A stretch of DNA of 64,000 bases from Thermococcus sp. (GTDB lineage Archaea; Methanobacteriota_B; Thermococci; Thermococcales; Thermococcaceae): contig NZ_JALUFF010000081.1 in NCBI RefSeq assembly GCF_027052235.1, positions 5,136 through 69,135 on the forward strand, read 5' to 3'. Of the stretch, positions 45,594 to 55,994 are shown one piece after another. Position numbers and translations under genes: made by a program. The notes under the pieces are model-generated. The model saw nothing but the letters and a program-made list of their open reading frames with translations. It was not told where the DNA came from and did not search any database. Each line of letters begins with the position of its first letter. The stretch's first letter is position 1.

Positions 45594-48500
45594 TCACTCT
45601 TTTCTTGCTTCCCTTCCATTCCTGAAGAGTGGCCACCACGCCTTCTCTCCGAAGAGGCTCATGAAAGCTGGCCCTATGAAGTATACCGCCATCGTCGCCG
45701 TCAGGAGTATTCCGGTTGCGAGTGCAAAGCCCATCTCCCTCGTTCCCCACGTGCTGCTGAGCATCAGTGCCCCGTAGGTGCTCGCCAGAACCACCGCTAG
45801 GCCTATGACGAGCTTGTCCATGGTTCCCGCCGCAACTATGAGCGACTCGTCGGGCTTCCTCCTCTCGAACTCGTCCCTTGCCTTGACGAGGTAGAAGCTG
45901 TTGTAATCTATGCCGACTCCCATGAGCACGACGAAGACCATCAGCGGCAGGAACCACATAACCTGCTGGTTGAAGACCCTCTCGAAGAGCCACGTCGAGA
46001 CCCAGATGCTCGTCATAACGCCGAGGAAGATGGTTATCATTGTTGAAGCCACCGCCGGCAGTCCCTTGAGCGTCGGTATCAGCGATAGGAACATGAGCAC
46101 CAGAGCCACTGGGATTATCCTGTGCCAGAAGATGTCGTTTATCCTGTCCGCCAAATCCATCGAGAGTGCCGCTCCTCCTCCGACCAAGCCAGCCTTTATC
46201 CTCGGGTTCTTCTCTGCCAGTCCCCTGACGTAGGCCCTAAGTTCTTTCACGAACTCCCTAGCTTCTCTGTCCGTTGGCCTGTAAACGGTCTCGACCTGAA
46301 TCAGCACCTTGTCGCCCTTTGATGAGATGAACCTGTCCCCTCCAAGGGCTTTCACAGCCGAAAGGGTTAAATTGCTGACCGGTTCTCCATAGGGCCTCGT
46401 TGGTGAATAGACTGCCTTAACTCCCTTCATCGAGGCTATATGAGCCGTTATCTCGTCTATGAGCTTGAGGTCGTCGTCGGTTATATTGCCGTTGAACTCA
46501 ATTACCACGTAGTTGGGCGACATGAGCGAGGCCCCGAGCTTCTCCTCGCTGAGCGTCATGAACTTGAGCGTGTCACTGTCCTTCGGCAGGAACAGCGTTA
46601 AGTCGTGGGTTCCCTTGAAGTTCAGGAAGTTGTAGGTTGCTGGCGTCGCGATGAGGAGCGCTATCAGGAGGACGACCTTGGCGTGCCTGATGACCCACTC
46701 GGCAATCTTGCTCCTCTCGTGGACGTCCATTGTGCTCACATGCCTTATATGCCTCGGCCACCAGAACCAGCTCTTGTCCCCTATCAGCGCGGTTATTGCT
46801 GGAATGAAGGTCAAACTAGCTAGAAGCACCGTGATTACCGCGAGCGGAGCTATTATGCCCATCTGCTGGAATATCGGGAACTCCCAAGCTAAAACGAAGC
46901 TCGCGAAGGCTATTATGTCGGTGAAAGCGCTGGCCAAAACGGCATCCTTGGCCCTCTTCAATGCCTCAGCGACGGCCTTCTCGTGGTCGTAGCCTTCAGC
47001 CACGTACTCCTTAAAGCGGTGGACGTAGTAGGTCGAGTAGTCAATTCCGAGACCGAGGGCGGTAGTTATCGTCAGCATCTGCGCCCAGCTCCCGATGTTC
47101 AGGATTCCTCCCTTCGCTAGCAGGTAGGCTATTCCCAGGGCGGTCAAAGCGGAAGTTGCGACACCCGTAAACGGCAGGAAGGTCGCGAGCAGGGCCATTC
47201 CCATGAGGATGAAGAGGACTACCAACGCCATTATCATGCTGGCTTTTGTCGTTGTGGCGTTGTCCCTCTTGCCGTACTCTGTCATCTCGTGCATCTGAAT
47301 CGCGGTTCCTCCGAGGGCTCCGTCAGCCTTGGGGAAGTACTGTCTGAACTCCTTAAGGGCTATCCTTTTGACGATGGTGGCGTTTCCTGCCCGGTACTTG
47401 TAGGGGTCGTCGCTCGGTCCCGGCCTTCCGCGCGGGACGAAGGTTATGAGCATCGTGGTGTTGTCACCGCTCTTGAGCATGCTTAAGTAGACACCCGCCT
47501 TCTCCTTCACCGTCGGGAAGAGTTCCTCAGCTAACGGCTTGACGTCGGTGGGGGTTATCCTGTCGGGCTCGTCCTTAAACTTGAAGGCGATGTCAACGAG
47601 TTGTGAGGCGTTGAAGGTGATCTTTATGCCGTAGGGGTTGCTGTTTGCGTAGGAGACCACGAAAGACTTCACAGTTTCCTTGACGAGCTTCTCTATATCC
47701 CCATCGCTCATCGGGTAGTTCTTAACGACTGTCTCGGTGACGTTGAGGAAGAGTGCCTTGAACTCCTCTGGAACACTCGCCTTGCTCATCTTTTCTTTGA
47801 CTCCCTGGAGGAAGATGTCCTCGGCGAGTTTCCTTGGGTCTGCTCCCTCGTAGAGCTTTCTCACAATCTCCGAGACGTTGAAGTTTGCCCCGCCACTCCC
47901 CGAAGCCAGCGCCGAGACGACCTTCACCGTTGCCTCCTCAAGCTTCTCACCGCTGAGTATTCCCTCGGGGTCTTCGGTGGCGGTTTTGACTATTAGCCCG
48001 GCCACATCGCTGGCGTTCGGGAGACCGGCCCTGGAGAGCTCCTCCGTAAGGCCTTCCTTCAGGATTTCAATGGCGGTTCCGTTGAGAGCCTCCTCGTCGC
48101 CGTTGCTCTCGTAGATTGCTCTCAGTGCTTTCTCGTCGATGTTGATGCCTGCCTTTGCCGTTACCTCCTTAAGGACGGAAACCGTGGCGTTTTCGAGGAG
48201 CGAGGGATTCGTCGAGAGAACACCCGTGGCATTTTCGTCGTGAGCCATAACCGTATCAACTATCAGTGGGGCTAACTGAGAGGCCTCGCTTGAGAGGTTT
48301 TCCTCTATGCCCGCGAGGAGAATGCTCCTCTCAAGCTCCTTCGTTGGGCCCACCACCAGAAGCTCCATCAGGACTTCCTTCGCGTTCGGGAGCTTTGAGA
48401 TGGGGTTGTTTGGAGCGTTGCCCATGAGCGAGAGAGCGACCTCAACTGTGGCGTTTTCTACGGCTTCAGCGCCCGGGTTGGGTCCGAGTGAAATTGCCGT

Positions 48501-49706
48501 CTCGACTATTCTGGAGAAGGTCTTTGCATCGAGCGTCCCAAATCCCTCGACCTCGACCGTCTGGTTGCTCCGGGCTATCACCTCTGGAAGGCTCTGGAGG
48601 GCGGAGGTAGCTATCTCTGATACAGCGCTCTTCAGTTGGTCGGGAGCCATGGCCTGAAGGGCGTACCCGCTTCCGGCCTTTTCGTCAAAGGTCTTAACCC
48701 TGAGGTAGAAGGTCGTTCCATATGTCTCAACGAGTGAAGCCTGCTCCTTAGGAGAACCAGCTTTTACGATGCTTTCGGTGACGTTTGCCAGGAAAGTATC
48801 CGTTATCGCCCCGTTCCCAGCGCTGGCGTAGATTGGATAAACCGAGTTGAAGACAGCGTAAACGAATTCGGGGGTCGTTCCCGTTTTTTGGGCTATATCC
48901 TGCGCCTCGGCCTGAGTGAGACTTCCCCTGTCGTAGGCCCCGCTTGCGAGGATGGCCTTGTGAACGGCTATCACTCCCATGTATGTCTTTCCGTAGGTCG
49001 AGTTCAGCGTGTACAGTCCATGGTTGAGCTCAGCCAGCGTGGAGTTGAGGGACTTGAGCATCTCCGCCGTTGAAGTGAGGTTCCTGTGAAGGGCAACGTA
49101 GGCGGTATCCGTCCGGTTCAGCGCGTTTCTAAGGAGAACCGTCTGGTTGTAGAGTGCTGTAACGTTCCCCTTTAAGGCGAGGTAACCCTTCGCCGTGCCT
49201 ACGAGGGCATTCTTAACCATTTCCGTCGTGTTGTCGAGCCGGTAGGTCATCTCAAGGAGCCTTCCAAAGCCCTCGTTGCTCTGCACTGCAGTCGAGTAGA
49301 GAACCCCCGTTAGGTTTGCCGTCATTCTGGTGAGGTTGAGGGTTAAATCGTAGGTCATGTTCCAGAGCTCGTTAATAGCGTCGTAGTACGAGGTCACGTT
49401 GTCCGCGTATTTGCCCTCCACCCTGTTCTTGAAGGAGTAGTAAGCTTTTTTGGCCCTCTCGTCATTGACGTTTACGTTCGTGATAATGAGATAGGTGGTG
49501 TTTTCGTTCTGAGCTTTGGAAAACTCCTCGGACATGATATCCTGAACCTTTATGGACTCTATCTTATGAGAGACCATCTGCTCCTCGCTGTAGTTAGTGA
49601 CCTCGCCCAGCTTCGCCGCGAGCGGTGCCATGAGGATTATGACTACAATCCATGCGAGGAGCACGAGCTTCGCGTGCTTGGCTATCCAATCGTTCCAAGC
49701 CATCAC
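45594..49706 (-). CDS. MMPL/RND-family transporter with a very large extracytoplasmic domain
   Basis: Two GLGIDY / GVGIDY RND motifs, about 12 TM, long helical ectodomain rich in NxS/T. Confidence 0.9.
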   Translation of the reverse strand: MMAWNDWIAKHAKLVLLAWIVVIILMAPLAAKLGEVTNYSEEQMVSHKIESIKVQDIMSEEFSKAQNENTTYLIITNVNVNDERAKKAYYSFKNRVEGKYADNVTSYYDAINELWNMTYDLTLNLTRMTANLTGVLYSTAVQSNEGFGRLLEMTYRLDNTTEMVKNALVGTAKGYLALKGNVTALYNQTVLLRNALNRTDTAYVALHRNLTSTAEMLKSLNSTLAELNHGLYTLNSTYGKTYMGVIAVHKAILASGAYDRGSLTQAEAQDIAQKTGTTPEFVYAVFNSVYPIYASAGNGAITDTFLANVTESIVKAGSPKEQASLVETYGTTFYLRVKTFDEKAGSGYALQAMAPDQLKSAVSEIATSALQSLPEVIARSNQTVEVEGFGTLDAKTFSRIVETAISLGPNPGAEAVENATVEVALSLMGNAPNNPISKLPNAKEVLMELLVVGPTKELERSILLAGIEENLSSEASQLAPLIVDTVMAHDENATGVLSTNPSLLENATVSVLKEVTAKAGINIDEKALRAIYESNGDEEALNGTAIEILKEGLTEELSRAGLPNASDVAGLIVKTATEDPEGILSGEKLEEATVKVVSALASGSGGANFNVSEIVRKLYEGADPRKLAEDIFLQGVKEKMSKASVPEEFKALFLNVTETVVKNYPMSDGDIEKLVKETVKSFVVSYANSNPYGIKITFNASQLVDIAFKFKDEPDRITPTDVKPLAEELFPTVKEKAGVYLSMLKSGDNTTMLITFVPRGRPGPSDDPYKYRAGNATIVKRIALKEFRQYFPKADGALGGTAIQMHEMTEYGKRDNATTTKASMIMALVVLFILMGMALLATFLPFTGVATSALTALGIAYLLAKGGILNIGSWAQMLTITTALGLGIDYSTYYVHRFKEYVAEGYDHEKAVAEALKRAKDAVLASAFTDIIAFASFVLAWEFPIFQQMGIIAPLAVITVLLASLTFIPAITALIGDKSWFWWPRHIRHVSTMDVHERSKIAEWVIRHAKVVLLIALLIATPATYNFLNFKGTHDLTLFLPKDSDTLKFMTLSEEKLGASLMSPNYVVIEFNGNITDDDLKLIDEITAHIASMKGVKAVYSPTRPYGEPVSNLTLSAVKALGGDRFISSKGDKVLIQVETVYRPTDREAREFVKELRAYVRGLAEKNPRIKAGLVGGGAALSMDLADRINDIFWHRIIPVALVLMFLSLIPTLKGLPAVASTMITIFLGVMTSIWVSTWLFERVFNQQVMWFLPLMVFVVLMGVGIDYNSFYLVKARDEFERRKPDESLIVAAGTMDKLVIGLAVVLASTYGALMLSSTWGTREMGFALATGILLTATMAVYFIGPAFMSLFGEKAWWPLFRNGREARKE

Positions 49707-49835
49707 GACACCCCCAAAGCCTTTTAAACGGTTGCCACCAATATGTCAACTGTAAATCTGTCTTATCCAGATATGTTTAATTCAGACATATATGGGTTGG
49801 GTGAACTTTATAAGCCTTTCGCCGGTGGTGGGAAC

Positions 49836-50333
49836 ATGCCGGACTCAAGCCTCATCAGAAATCTGTTCACGGTCCCAATGAAGAACCTCATACTCTTGAT
49901 CATAGGCCTGAAGGGGGAAGCCCACGGCTACGAGATTCTTAAGGAGATAGAGAAGATAACCTTCGGCAACTGGAAGCCCAGCCATGGAAACCTTTACACC
50001 ATGCTAAACAAGCTGGCCGAAGAAGGTTTGATAGAGCCGAGGGAGGAATACCGGGGGAAGAGGCGCGTTGTGAGGTACGCCCTTACCGAGAAGGGGTGGC
50101 TCTACCTGAGGGAAGCCAACGAGCTCGCCCTCAAGTCCCTTTACCTGGCCGTTCAATATCATGAGAGACTCCGCGAGAAGCTCAGGGAGATGGGCTACGG
50201 AAAGGAGATACCCGCGGAGGCAATAGGGGAGTACATAAAGCTCCTCGACGGCATCATTGACATTCTGGAAGAGAAAAAACGGGAGCTTGAAGAAATCAAG
50301 AGGAGAAAAGAGCTCAGAGGAACGGGTTCCTGA
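49836..50333 (+). CDS. PadR-family transcriptional regulator
   Basis: [19 protein letters not shown]...GLI...YALTEKG. Confidence 0.92.
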   Translation: MPDSSLIRNLFTVPMKNLILLIIGLKGEAHGYEILKEIEKITFGNWKPSHGNLYTMLNKLAEEGLIEPREEYRGKRRVVRYALTEKGWLYLREANELALKSLYLAVQYHERLREKLREMGYGKEIPAEAIGEYIKLLDGIIDILEEKKRELEEIKRRKELRGTGS

Positions 50334-51606
50334 ACTTCTTGCCCGGATAGACCGCTATTCCCTCAAGCTCCTCTTCAATCCTTATGAGCTGGTTGTACTT
50401 GGCGTTTCTGTCGCTCCTCGCTGGAGCACCGGTCTTTATCTGGCCCGCGTTGAGGGCAACCGCTATGTCGGCTATGGTTGAGTCCTCTGTCTCTCCCGAG
50501 CGGTGCGACACAACGACGCCGTAGCCTGCCCTGAAGGCGGTGTAGGCAGCGTCTATTGCCTCGCTCAGCGTTCCTATCTGGTTGACCTTGAGGAGGAGCG
50601 CGTTGGCGGCGCCCATCTCTATGCCCTTCCTTATCCTCTTCGGGTTGGTGACAAAGAGGTCGTCGCCGACTATCTGTATCTTCTTCCCGAGTTCCTTCGT
50701 TATCATGACGAAGCCTTCCCAGTCCTCCTCGTGGAACGGATCCTCAATGGAAACTATCGGATAAGTCGAGACGAGCTCCTTGTAGAGCTCCAAAAGCTCG
50801 CCCCTGTCGTACTCCTTTCCAGCAACGACGTACTTGCCTAGCTCTTCGTTAAAGAACTCGCTCGATGCAGGGTCGAGGGCAAAGGCTATTTCGTCGCCGG
50901 GTTTGTAGCCGGCCTCCTCTATAGCTTGGATGAGCAGTTCAAGGGGCTCGTGCGGTTCCTTCAGGGGTGGTGCAAATCCGCCTTCGTCGCCGACGTTTAC
51001 GGCGTTCTTACCGTAGAGCTCGGCGATTACCTTCTTGAGGACGTGGTAGGTCTCGCTGACCCAGCGGATGCCCTCCCTGAAGGAGTCGGCTCCAACGGGC
51101 ATTATCATGAACTCCTGGAAGTCGAGCTCGTTGCCCGCGTGAACGCCACCGTTTATGACGTTGCTCATGGGAACGGGCATGATGTAAGCGTTGGTTCCGC
51201 CGATGTACTGGTAGAGGGGCAGACCGAGAGCGTTCGCTGCTGCCTTTGCAACCGCTAAGGAAACGCCGAGGATAGCGTTGGCACCGAGGTTGCTCTTGTT
51301 CTCGGTACCGTCGAGCTCAAGCATTAGCATATCAATGTCCCTCTGCCATGTGACGTCCATTCCTATGATTTCCGGTGCGATTATCTTGTTGACGTTCTCA
51401 ACGGCCCTCCTTACCCCCTTCCCGTGGTAGCGCTTCCCGCCGTCGCGGAGCTCAAGTGCTTCGTGGGTTCCAGTGCTTGCGCCACTAGGAACCGCTGCTC
51501 TACCCATGCTTATCGGCGTGTAAACCTCGACTTCAACGGTTGGGTTGCCCCTGCTGTCGAGTATCTCTCTCGCTACAACGTTCGTTATCTCGAACGGGTT
51601 CTCCAT
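50314..51606 (-). CDS. eno: Enolase
   Basis: [42 protein letters not shown]. Confidence 0.98.
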   Translation of the reverse strand: MENPFEITNVVAREILDSRGNPTVEVEVYTPISMGRAAVPSGASTGTHEALELRDGGKRYHGKGVRRAVENVNKIIAPEIIGMDVTWQRDIDMLMLELDGTENKSNLGANAILGVSLAVAKAAANALGLPLYQYIGGTNAYIMPVPMSNVINGGVHAGNELDFQEFMIMPVGADSFREGIRWVSETYHVLKKVIAELYGKNAVNVGDEGGFAPPLKEPHEPLELLIQAIEEAGYKPGDEIAFALDPASSEFFNEELGKYVVAGKEYDRGELLELYKELVSTYPIVSIEDPFHEEDWEGFVMITKELGKKIQIVGDDLFVTNPKRIRKGIEMGAANALLLKVNQIGTLSEAIDAAYTAFRAGYGVVVSHRSGETEDSTIADIAVALNAGQIKTGAPARSDRNAKYNQLIRIEEELEGIAVYPGKKFRNPFL

Positions 51607-51609
51607 GCT

Positions 51610-51626
51610 AATCACCTCGGGTGATA
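51610..51626. promoter_or_regulatory. TGM overlapping the enolase RBS
   Basis: AATCAC-CTCGG-GTGATA. Confidence 0.75.
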
Positions 51627-51678
51627 TTCAGTGCCCTCAATATAAAGTTGGCGATTCGCTTTTAAGGGGCCGTGCCAA

Positions 51679-52011
51679 GTGCGTAACATGAAGTGGAAGA
51701 GAAAACTCAGGGATGAGGGGTACATCGAAGTCGATGGGTTCAGGATAGAACTCTCCCTTGATAACACGTTTCTCGACCTCGACTACATCCCCAGAATAAT
51801 CGTCTACGACGAAGAGACTTCCCGCTGGTACGTCTTAAGGAACCCCATACCCAAAGGAAAAACCCTTGAGGAGGGCTGGGATAACGCCGTTGAGGTTCTT
51901 GAGGCAATCGCTAGGGGAGATGTCGAGCCAATTCTGGGGAACGATGAAGTAGGGAAGCGCCTCAGAAAGGCGCTCCTCAACCTCCACAAAAATGGACAAG
52001 ACATCCCCTAA
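51679..52011 (+). CDS. Hypothetical protein
   Basis: Fills the gap between eno and deoC; normal codon usage; no family recognised. Confidence 0.7.
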   Translation: MRNMKWKRKLRDEGYIEVDGFRIELSLDNTFLDLDYIPRIIVYDEETSRWYVLRNPIPKGKTLEEGWDNAVEVLEAIARGDVEPILGNDEVGKRLRKALLNLHKNGQDIP

Positions 52012-52128
52012 TATGTGTTTTTCTTACCCCAATTTCCATATCAGCAACCCCAAATTTCACGGAATCTCCCCCACTTTTGGGCGGAAACCCTAATAACATC
52101 CTTAAACGGACGTTAATTGGGGATGTAA

Positions 52129-52803
52129 ATGAGTGAGCGGATTGATATAGCTAAATACATTGATCATACCAATTTGAAGCCCTACGCCACAAAAGATGAC
52201 ATAATACGCCTCTGTGATGAGGCCATAAAGTACGGTTTCTACGCAGTCTGCGTCAACCCCTACCGCGTTAAGCTCGCCAAGGAATACCTGCACGAGAGAA
52301 AAGCGGACGTCAAGGTGGCGAGCGTCATAGGCTTCCCGCTCGGGGCAACTCCGACTGAGGTCAAGGTCTTCGAGGCCAAGAAAGCCCTTGAAGATGGTGC
52401 CGACGAGCTCGACATGGTCATAAACATAGGTGCGCTCAAGGACGGGGACTACGACTACGTGGAGAAAGACATTGAGGAGGTAGTAAAGGTCGCCCACGAG
52501 AAAGGCGCAAAGGTCAAGGTCATAATCGAGACCTGCTACCTGACGGAGGAGGAGAAAGTCAAGGCCTGCGAACTCGCTAAAGAAGCCGGGGCCGACTTCG
52601 TGAAGACCTCAACCGGCTTTGGAACCGGGGGAGCGACGGTAGAGGACGTCAGGCTGATGAGGAAGGTCGTCGGGCCGGACATGGGTGTTAAGGCAGCTGG
52701 TGGCATAAGGACCTACGAGCAGGCTTTGGCAATGATAAAGGCCGGTGCCAACAGGATTGGGACGTCGAGCGGTGTGAGGATTGTCGAAGGTGCTCCAAAA
52801 TGA
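52129..52803 (+). CDS. deoC: Deoxyribose-phosphate aldolase
   Basis: [35 protein letters not shown]. Confidence 0.97.
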   Translation: MSERIDIAKYIDHTNLKPYATKDDIIRLCDEAIKYGFYAVCVNPYRVKLAKEYLHERKADVKVASVIGFPLGATPTEVKVFEAKKALEDGADELDMVINIGALKDGDYDYVEKDIEEVVKVAHEKGAKVKVIIETCYLTEEEKVKACELAKEAGADFVKTSTGFGTGGATVEDVRLMRKVVGPDMGVKAAGGIRTYEQALAMIKAGANRIGTSSGVRIVEGAPK

Positions 52804-53087
52804 TCGAGATTAAGGTTCTCATAGAAAAAGCCATTGAAGAGCTTGAACAGGACGGCATGAATCCGGACATAATCCTTGCCGGCCCGGGTTTCCTTGAGCA
52901 CGCCAGAGACGCTCTCAGGGAGTTTAAAGGGCTGAAAATATACAGGATTGAGGAGCTTGGATACGATGCAGTGATAGCCGACTCCCACTACTTGGGCCAG
53001 ATAAAGAAGGCCTCCTACAGGGTCTCTGTGGAGCCCCTGCTTGAGGAGAGGGACGTTTGGGAGCAGATTGAGAAGCTAACAGTCTAA
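52800..53087 (+). CDS. DUF1884 / family-4 (A-domain-only) encapsulin-like protein
   Basis: 95 aa, NPDIILAGP...[13 protein letters not shown]; overlaps the deoC stop, matching the known deoC-linked class. Confidence 0.7.
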   Translation: MIEIKVLIEKAIEELEQDGMNPDIILAGPGFLEHARDALREFKGLKIYRIEELGYDAVIADSHYLGQIKKASYRVSVEPLLEERDVWEQIEKLTV

Positions 53088-53665
53088 AGGGTCTCCTCCA
53101 GCCCGATGTATCTCTTCTTTATGCTCCCGCTCAGGGCGGTGCCGAGCAGCATTCCAGTCGTTACCTCGGTTAGGACCGTGGAGGTCAGCCTGAGGGCTTC
53201 ACTTAGTCCTCCGCTCCAGTATCCAAAGGCCACGATGACAGCGGTCGCAACTAGTCCCCCTGAGACACCACCGAGGATCAGGGCCGAAAATCCTTCACCA
53301 TTCCTTGCCACCCAGCCCGTCATGAGGCCCTCAAGGGAGCGGGCAACCACGATAACGGGAATGAGATAGGGACTTCCAGTCAGAAAGGCGAGAGCCGCAC
53401 CGGCCCCTGAAAGGGCCCCGATTGCCGGCCCGAAGGTCATGGCAACGAACATAACCCCAACGTCCACGAGGGTCACCTTCCCCAGGGCCGTCTCGATTCC
53501 AATGAGCGCGAGGGAGGGAGGAATAGCCAGTGCCAGAAGCGTCCCCAGGAGAAGCCTGCGGAAGCTCTTCACCTCCCTCCTCTTCACCCACACGTAGATG
53601 ACGAAGGCGAGCACGAGGGCAAGCGGGGAATATGGGAGATACTCAACTGCCTCCATCTTGCGCAC
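53084..53665 (-). CDS. ECF transporter S-component
   Basis: [20 protein letters not shown]...[10 protein letters not shown]. Confidence 0.75.
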   Translation of the reverse strand: MRKMEAVEYLPYSPLALVLAFVIYVWVKRREVKSFRRLLLGTLLALAIPPSLALIGIETALGKVTLVDVGVMFVAMTFGPAIGALSGAGAALAFLTGSPYLIPVIVVARSLEGLMTGWVARNGEGFSALILGGVSGGLVATAVIVAFGYWSGGLSEALRLTSTVLTEVTTGMLLGTALSGSIKKRYIGLEETL

Positions 53666-53695
53666 CGTAAAAAGTAGGGAAAGGGGTTAAAAACC

Positions 53696-55033
53696 TCACC
53701 CGAGGGAGGCCTTCAGGGCCTCCTCGAAAATCTCCATGGCAACGTCTATTTCTTCCTTCGTGACGATGAGCGGTGGAATGAAGCGTATGCTGTTGTCGCC
53801 ACACCCGAGGAGGACGAGACCGCGCTTCGCTGATTCTTTGACAATTCTGTCCCTCAGCTCTGGATAGCGCTCCTTGGTGTCCTTGCTCTTGACTATCTCT
53901 ATCGCCTGCGCGAGTCCAATTCCCCTCGCGTCACCGATTACCTCGTAGTCCTCCTTGAACTCTTCAAGGTACTTGTGGAGGTAGTCCCCGACTTCCCTGA
54001 CGTGCGGGAGGAGCTCCTTCACGATCTCGACGACCTCTATTCCAGCGGCTATAGCGACGGGGTTGCCTCCAAAGGTCGTCGCGTGCCTTCCGGGCTTGTC
54101 AAAGCTTATCTCCTTCCTGTGGACGACTCCAGCTAAAGGAAGCCCACCGCCTATTGCCTTTCCGAACTGGATTAAATCTGGGGCAACTCCGAAGTTCTCA
54201 ATCGCCCAGAAGGTTCCCGTCCTTCCTATTCCCATCTGAACCTCGTCGTCCGCTAAGAGAATTCCGTACTCGTTGGCGAACTTCTTGAGCTCCTTGAAGA
54301 AGTTCTTCGGCGGAACGACGTAGCCACCCTCACCCTGTATCGGCTCGAAGAATATCGCGCCCACCTCGTGGGGCGGAACGTGCCTGAAGACATACTCCTC
54401 TATGAAGTCGAGAACCCTGTTGATGAGCTCGTCGGGCTCGTCGTAGCCGTCTATACCCCAGGCGTTCCTGTAGGGGTTCGGGTAGGGGACGTGCTCAACG
54501 CCCGGCATCGTCGGGAAGAAGCGCTCCTGCTGAACCCACTTGCTGGCGGTTAAACTAAGAACCGCCTGAGTCCTTCCGTGAAAGGCATGGTAGAAGGCTA
54601 TGAACCTCTTCCTTCCGGTTCCGTACTTCACGAGCTTCATAGCTGCCTCGTTGGCCTCGGCACCGCTGTTGCCGTAAACGACCTTCTTTTCGAAGTCCCC
54701 TGGAGAGAGCTCTATGAGCTTTTCAGCCAGAACGACAGCGTTCTCGTAGAAGAAGTCGGTGAGGGAGTAGTGGGTGAACTTCTCGGCCTGCCTCTTTATC
54801 GCCTCGATTACCCTCGGGTGCGCGTGTCCGACGTTCATCACCGCAACGCCACTCGCGAAGTCGTAGAAGACGTTCCCGTCAACGTCGTATACCCTTATCC
54901 CCTCCCCGTGGTCTATGACTATCGGGAGGTTCTCGGGGTCTTGCGTTGTAGTCGCGAGGTACTTGAAGTTCCTCTCTATGACTTCCCTTGCCTTAGGACC
55001 TGGGAGTTCTTTGACGCTCGGTCTAACCACCAT
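53696..55033 (-). CDS. Class-III PLP aminotransferase (ornithine/lysine omega-aminotransferase type)
   Basis: [39 protein letters not shown]; likely true start MVVRP at 55033. Confidence 0.92.
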   Translation of the reverse strand: MVVRPSVKELPGPKAREVIERNFKYLATTTQDPENLPIVIDHGEGIRVYDVDGNVFYDFASGVAVMNVGHAHPRVIEAIKRQAEKFTHYSLTDFFYENAVVLAEKLIELSPGDFEKKVVYGNSGAEANEAAMKLVKYGTGRKRFIAFYHAFHGRTQAVLSLTASKWVQQERFFPTMPGVEHVPYPNPYRNAWGIDGYDEPDELINRVLDFIEEYVFRHVPPHEVGAIFFEPIQGEGGYVVPPKNFFKELKKFANEYGILLADDEVQMGIGRTGTFWAIENFGVAPDLIQFGKAIGGGLPLAGVVHRKEISFDKPGRHATTFGGNPVAIAAGIEVVEIVKELLPHVREVGDYLHKYLEEFKEDYEVIGDARGIGLAQAIEIVKSKDTKERYPELRDRIVKESAKRGLVLLGCGDNSIRFIPPLIVTKEEIDVAMEIFEEALKASLG

Positions 55034-55177
55034 GAGGATCACCGGAGGGAAAATCGGAGTCCCGCTATATAACTCTATGTTCATCAATGAACATTTTTGG
55101 CTGAAAAATTTTCGAGAAACTAATGGAAAGGGTGAGTCTTTAGGGCGATTTCCACCCCTGATACTGCCGGAAACTAT

Positions 55178-55615
55178 TTGAGGTGTGAATGCAAAGGACA
55201 GCCAGCAGTGTTTGGGTGCCCTCCTATGGTTGGTGAAGTTACCCTTGAGACACATCAGAACGCACACATCCTCAAGCTTCTCCTCCTCTTGAGGCTCTTC
55301 CTGAGGTTTTTCGCCTTCGCGTATCCCCTCTATCTAACGGTCATGTACAACTTCTGGGTCTTTGAGAGGCTTTCAATGAACCTCTGGATTGGCTACGTAG
55401 CTTTTATGGCCATTCTGGAACTCGTTCTCGTTTTCTCGGCTGGCAGGGCATTCTCAACGCCTCTCCTCAGGGTTTACGTTATCATTGCAATTGTTATGGA
55501 GTTCCCCTTCTCTCTTTTGGGAATGAGGATTTCTACAATGCTCCCCTTTCTCCTCTGGATGTCCCTCTGGTACGGTTCACTCGCTCTCATAGCCGTTCTC
55601 GCCCTCAGGTCTTAA
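55178..55615 (+). CDS. Hypothetical membrane protein (start uncertain)
   Basis: About 4 hydrophobic segments; fills an intergenic gap. Confidence 0.55.
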   Translation: MRCECKGQPAVFGCPPMVGEVTLETHQNAHILKLLLLLRLFLRFFAFAYPLYLTVMYNFWVFERLSMNLWIGYVAFMAILELVLVFSAGRAFSTPLLRVYVIIAIVMEFPFSLLGMRISTMLPFLLWMSLWYGSLALIAVLALRS

Positions 55616-55702
55616 GGTCTGTCGCGGGTAGGGAACTCCCAACGTCTAACTTTTCTGGGTAAGACTTATATCTCTCGTTGTTGAAATCAAAACGGTGGTT
55701 TC

Positions 55703-55954
55703 ATGTCATGCGAGGAGCTTGAGGGGCTCGTAAAGAAAATCGCCCTAGCCCTTGTCCTGCTCTTCGTCTCGGGCTTTTCGGTTCTCTATTATACCATCAG
55801 AACTGTCGCCTGTTATTCAACGGACCTGTGCTCTAGGGCATACTTGTATGAAAACAATGGTATCTACAACCTCGACATGCTCGCCATTTTCTTCGTCATT
55901 TCAGCCCTCTTCATAGCTTTCCTAGCCTACATCTCCTCCAGACTGGAAGGGTAG
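55703..55954 (+). CDS. Small 2-TM hypothetical protein
   Basis: Two TM helices around a C...C loop; upstream TATA CTTATAT and RBS GGTGG. Confidence 0.65.
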   Translation: MSCEELEGLVKKIALALVLLFVSGFSVLYYTIRTVACYSTDLCSRAYLYENNGIYNLDMLAIFFVISALFIAFLAYISSRLEG

Positions 55955-55994
55955 CCTTTTATCCTTCCTGCCCAAATATCAACCGGTGGTGCCC

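Noticed and set aside
55034-55267. 78-aa N-terminal extension of the aminotransferase in the ORF track
   Set aside because: The extension spans promoter-like AT-rich DNA and overlaps the next ORF; the family-typical start is MVVRP at 55033
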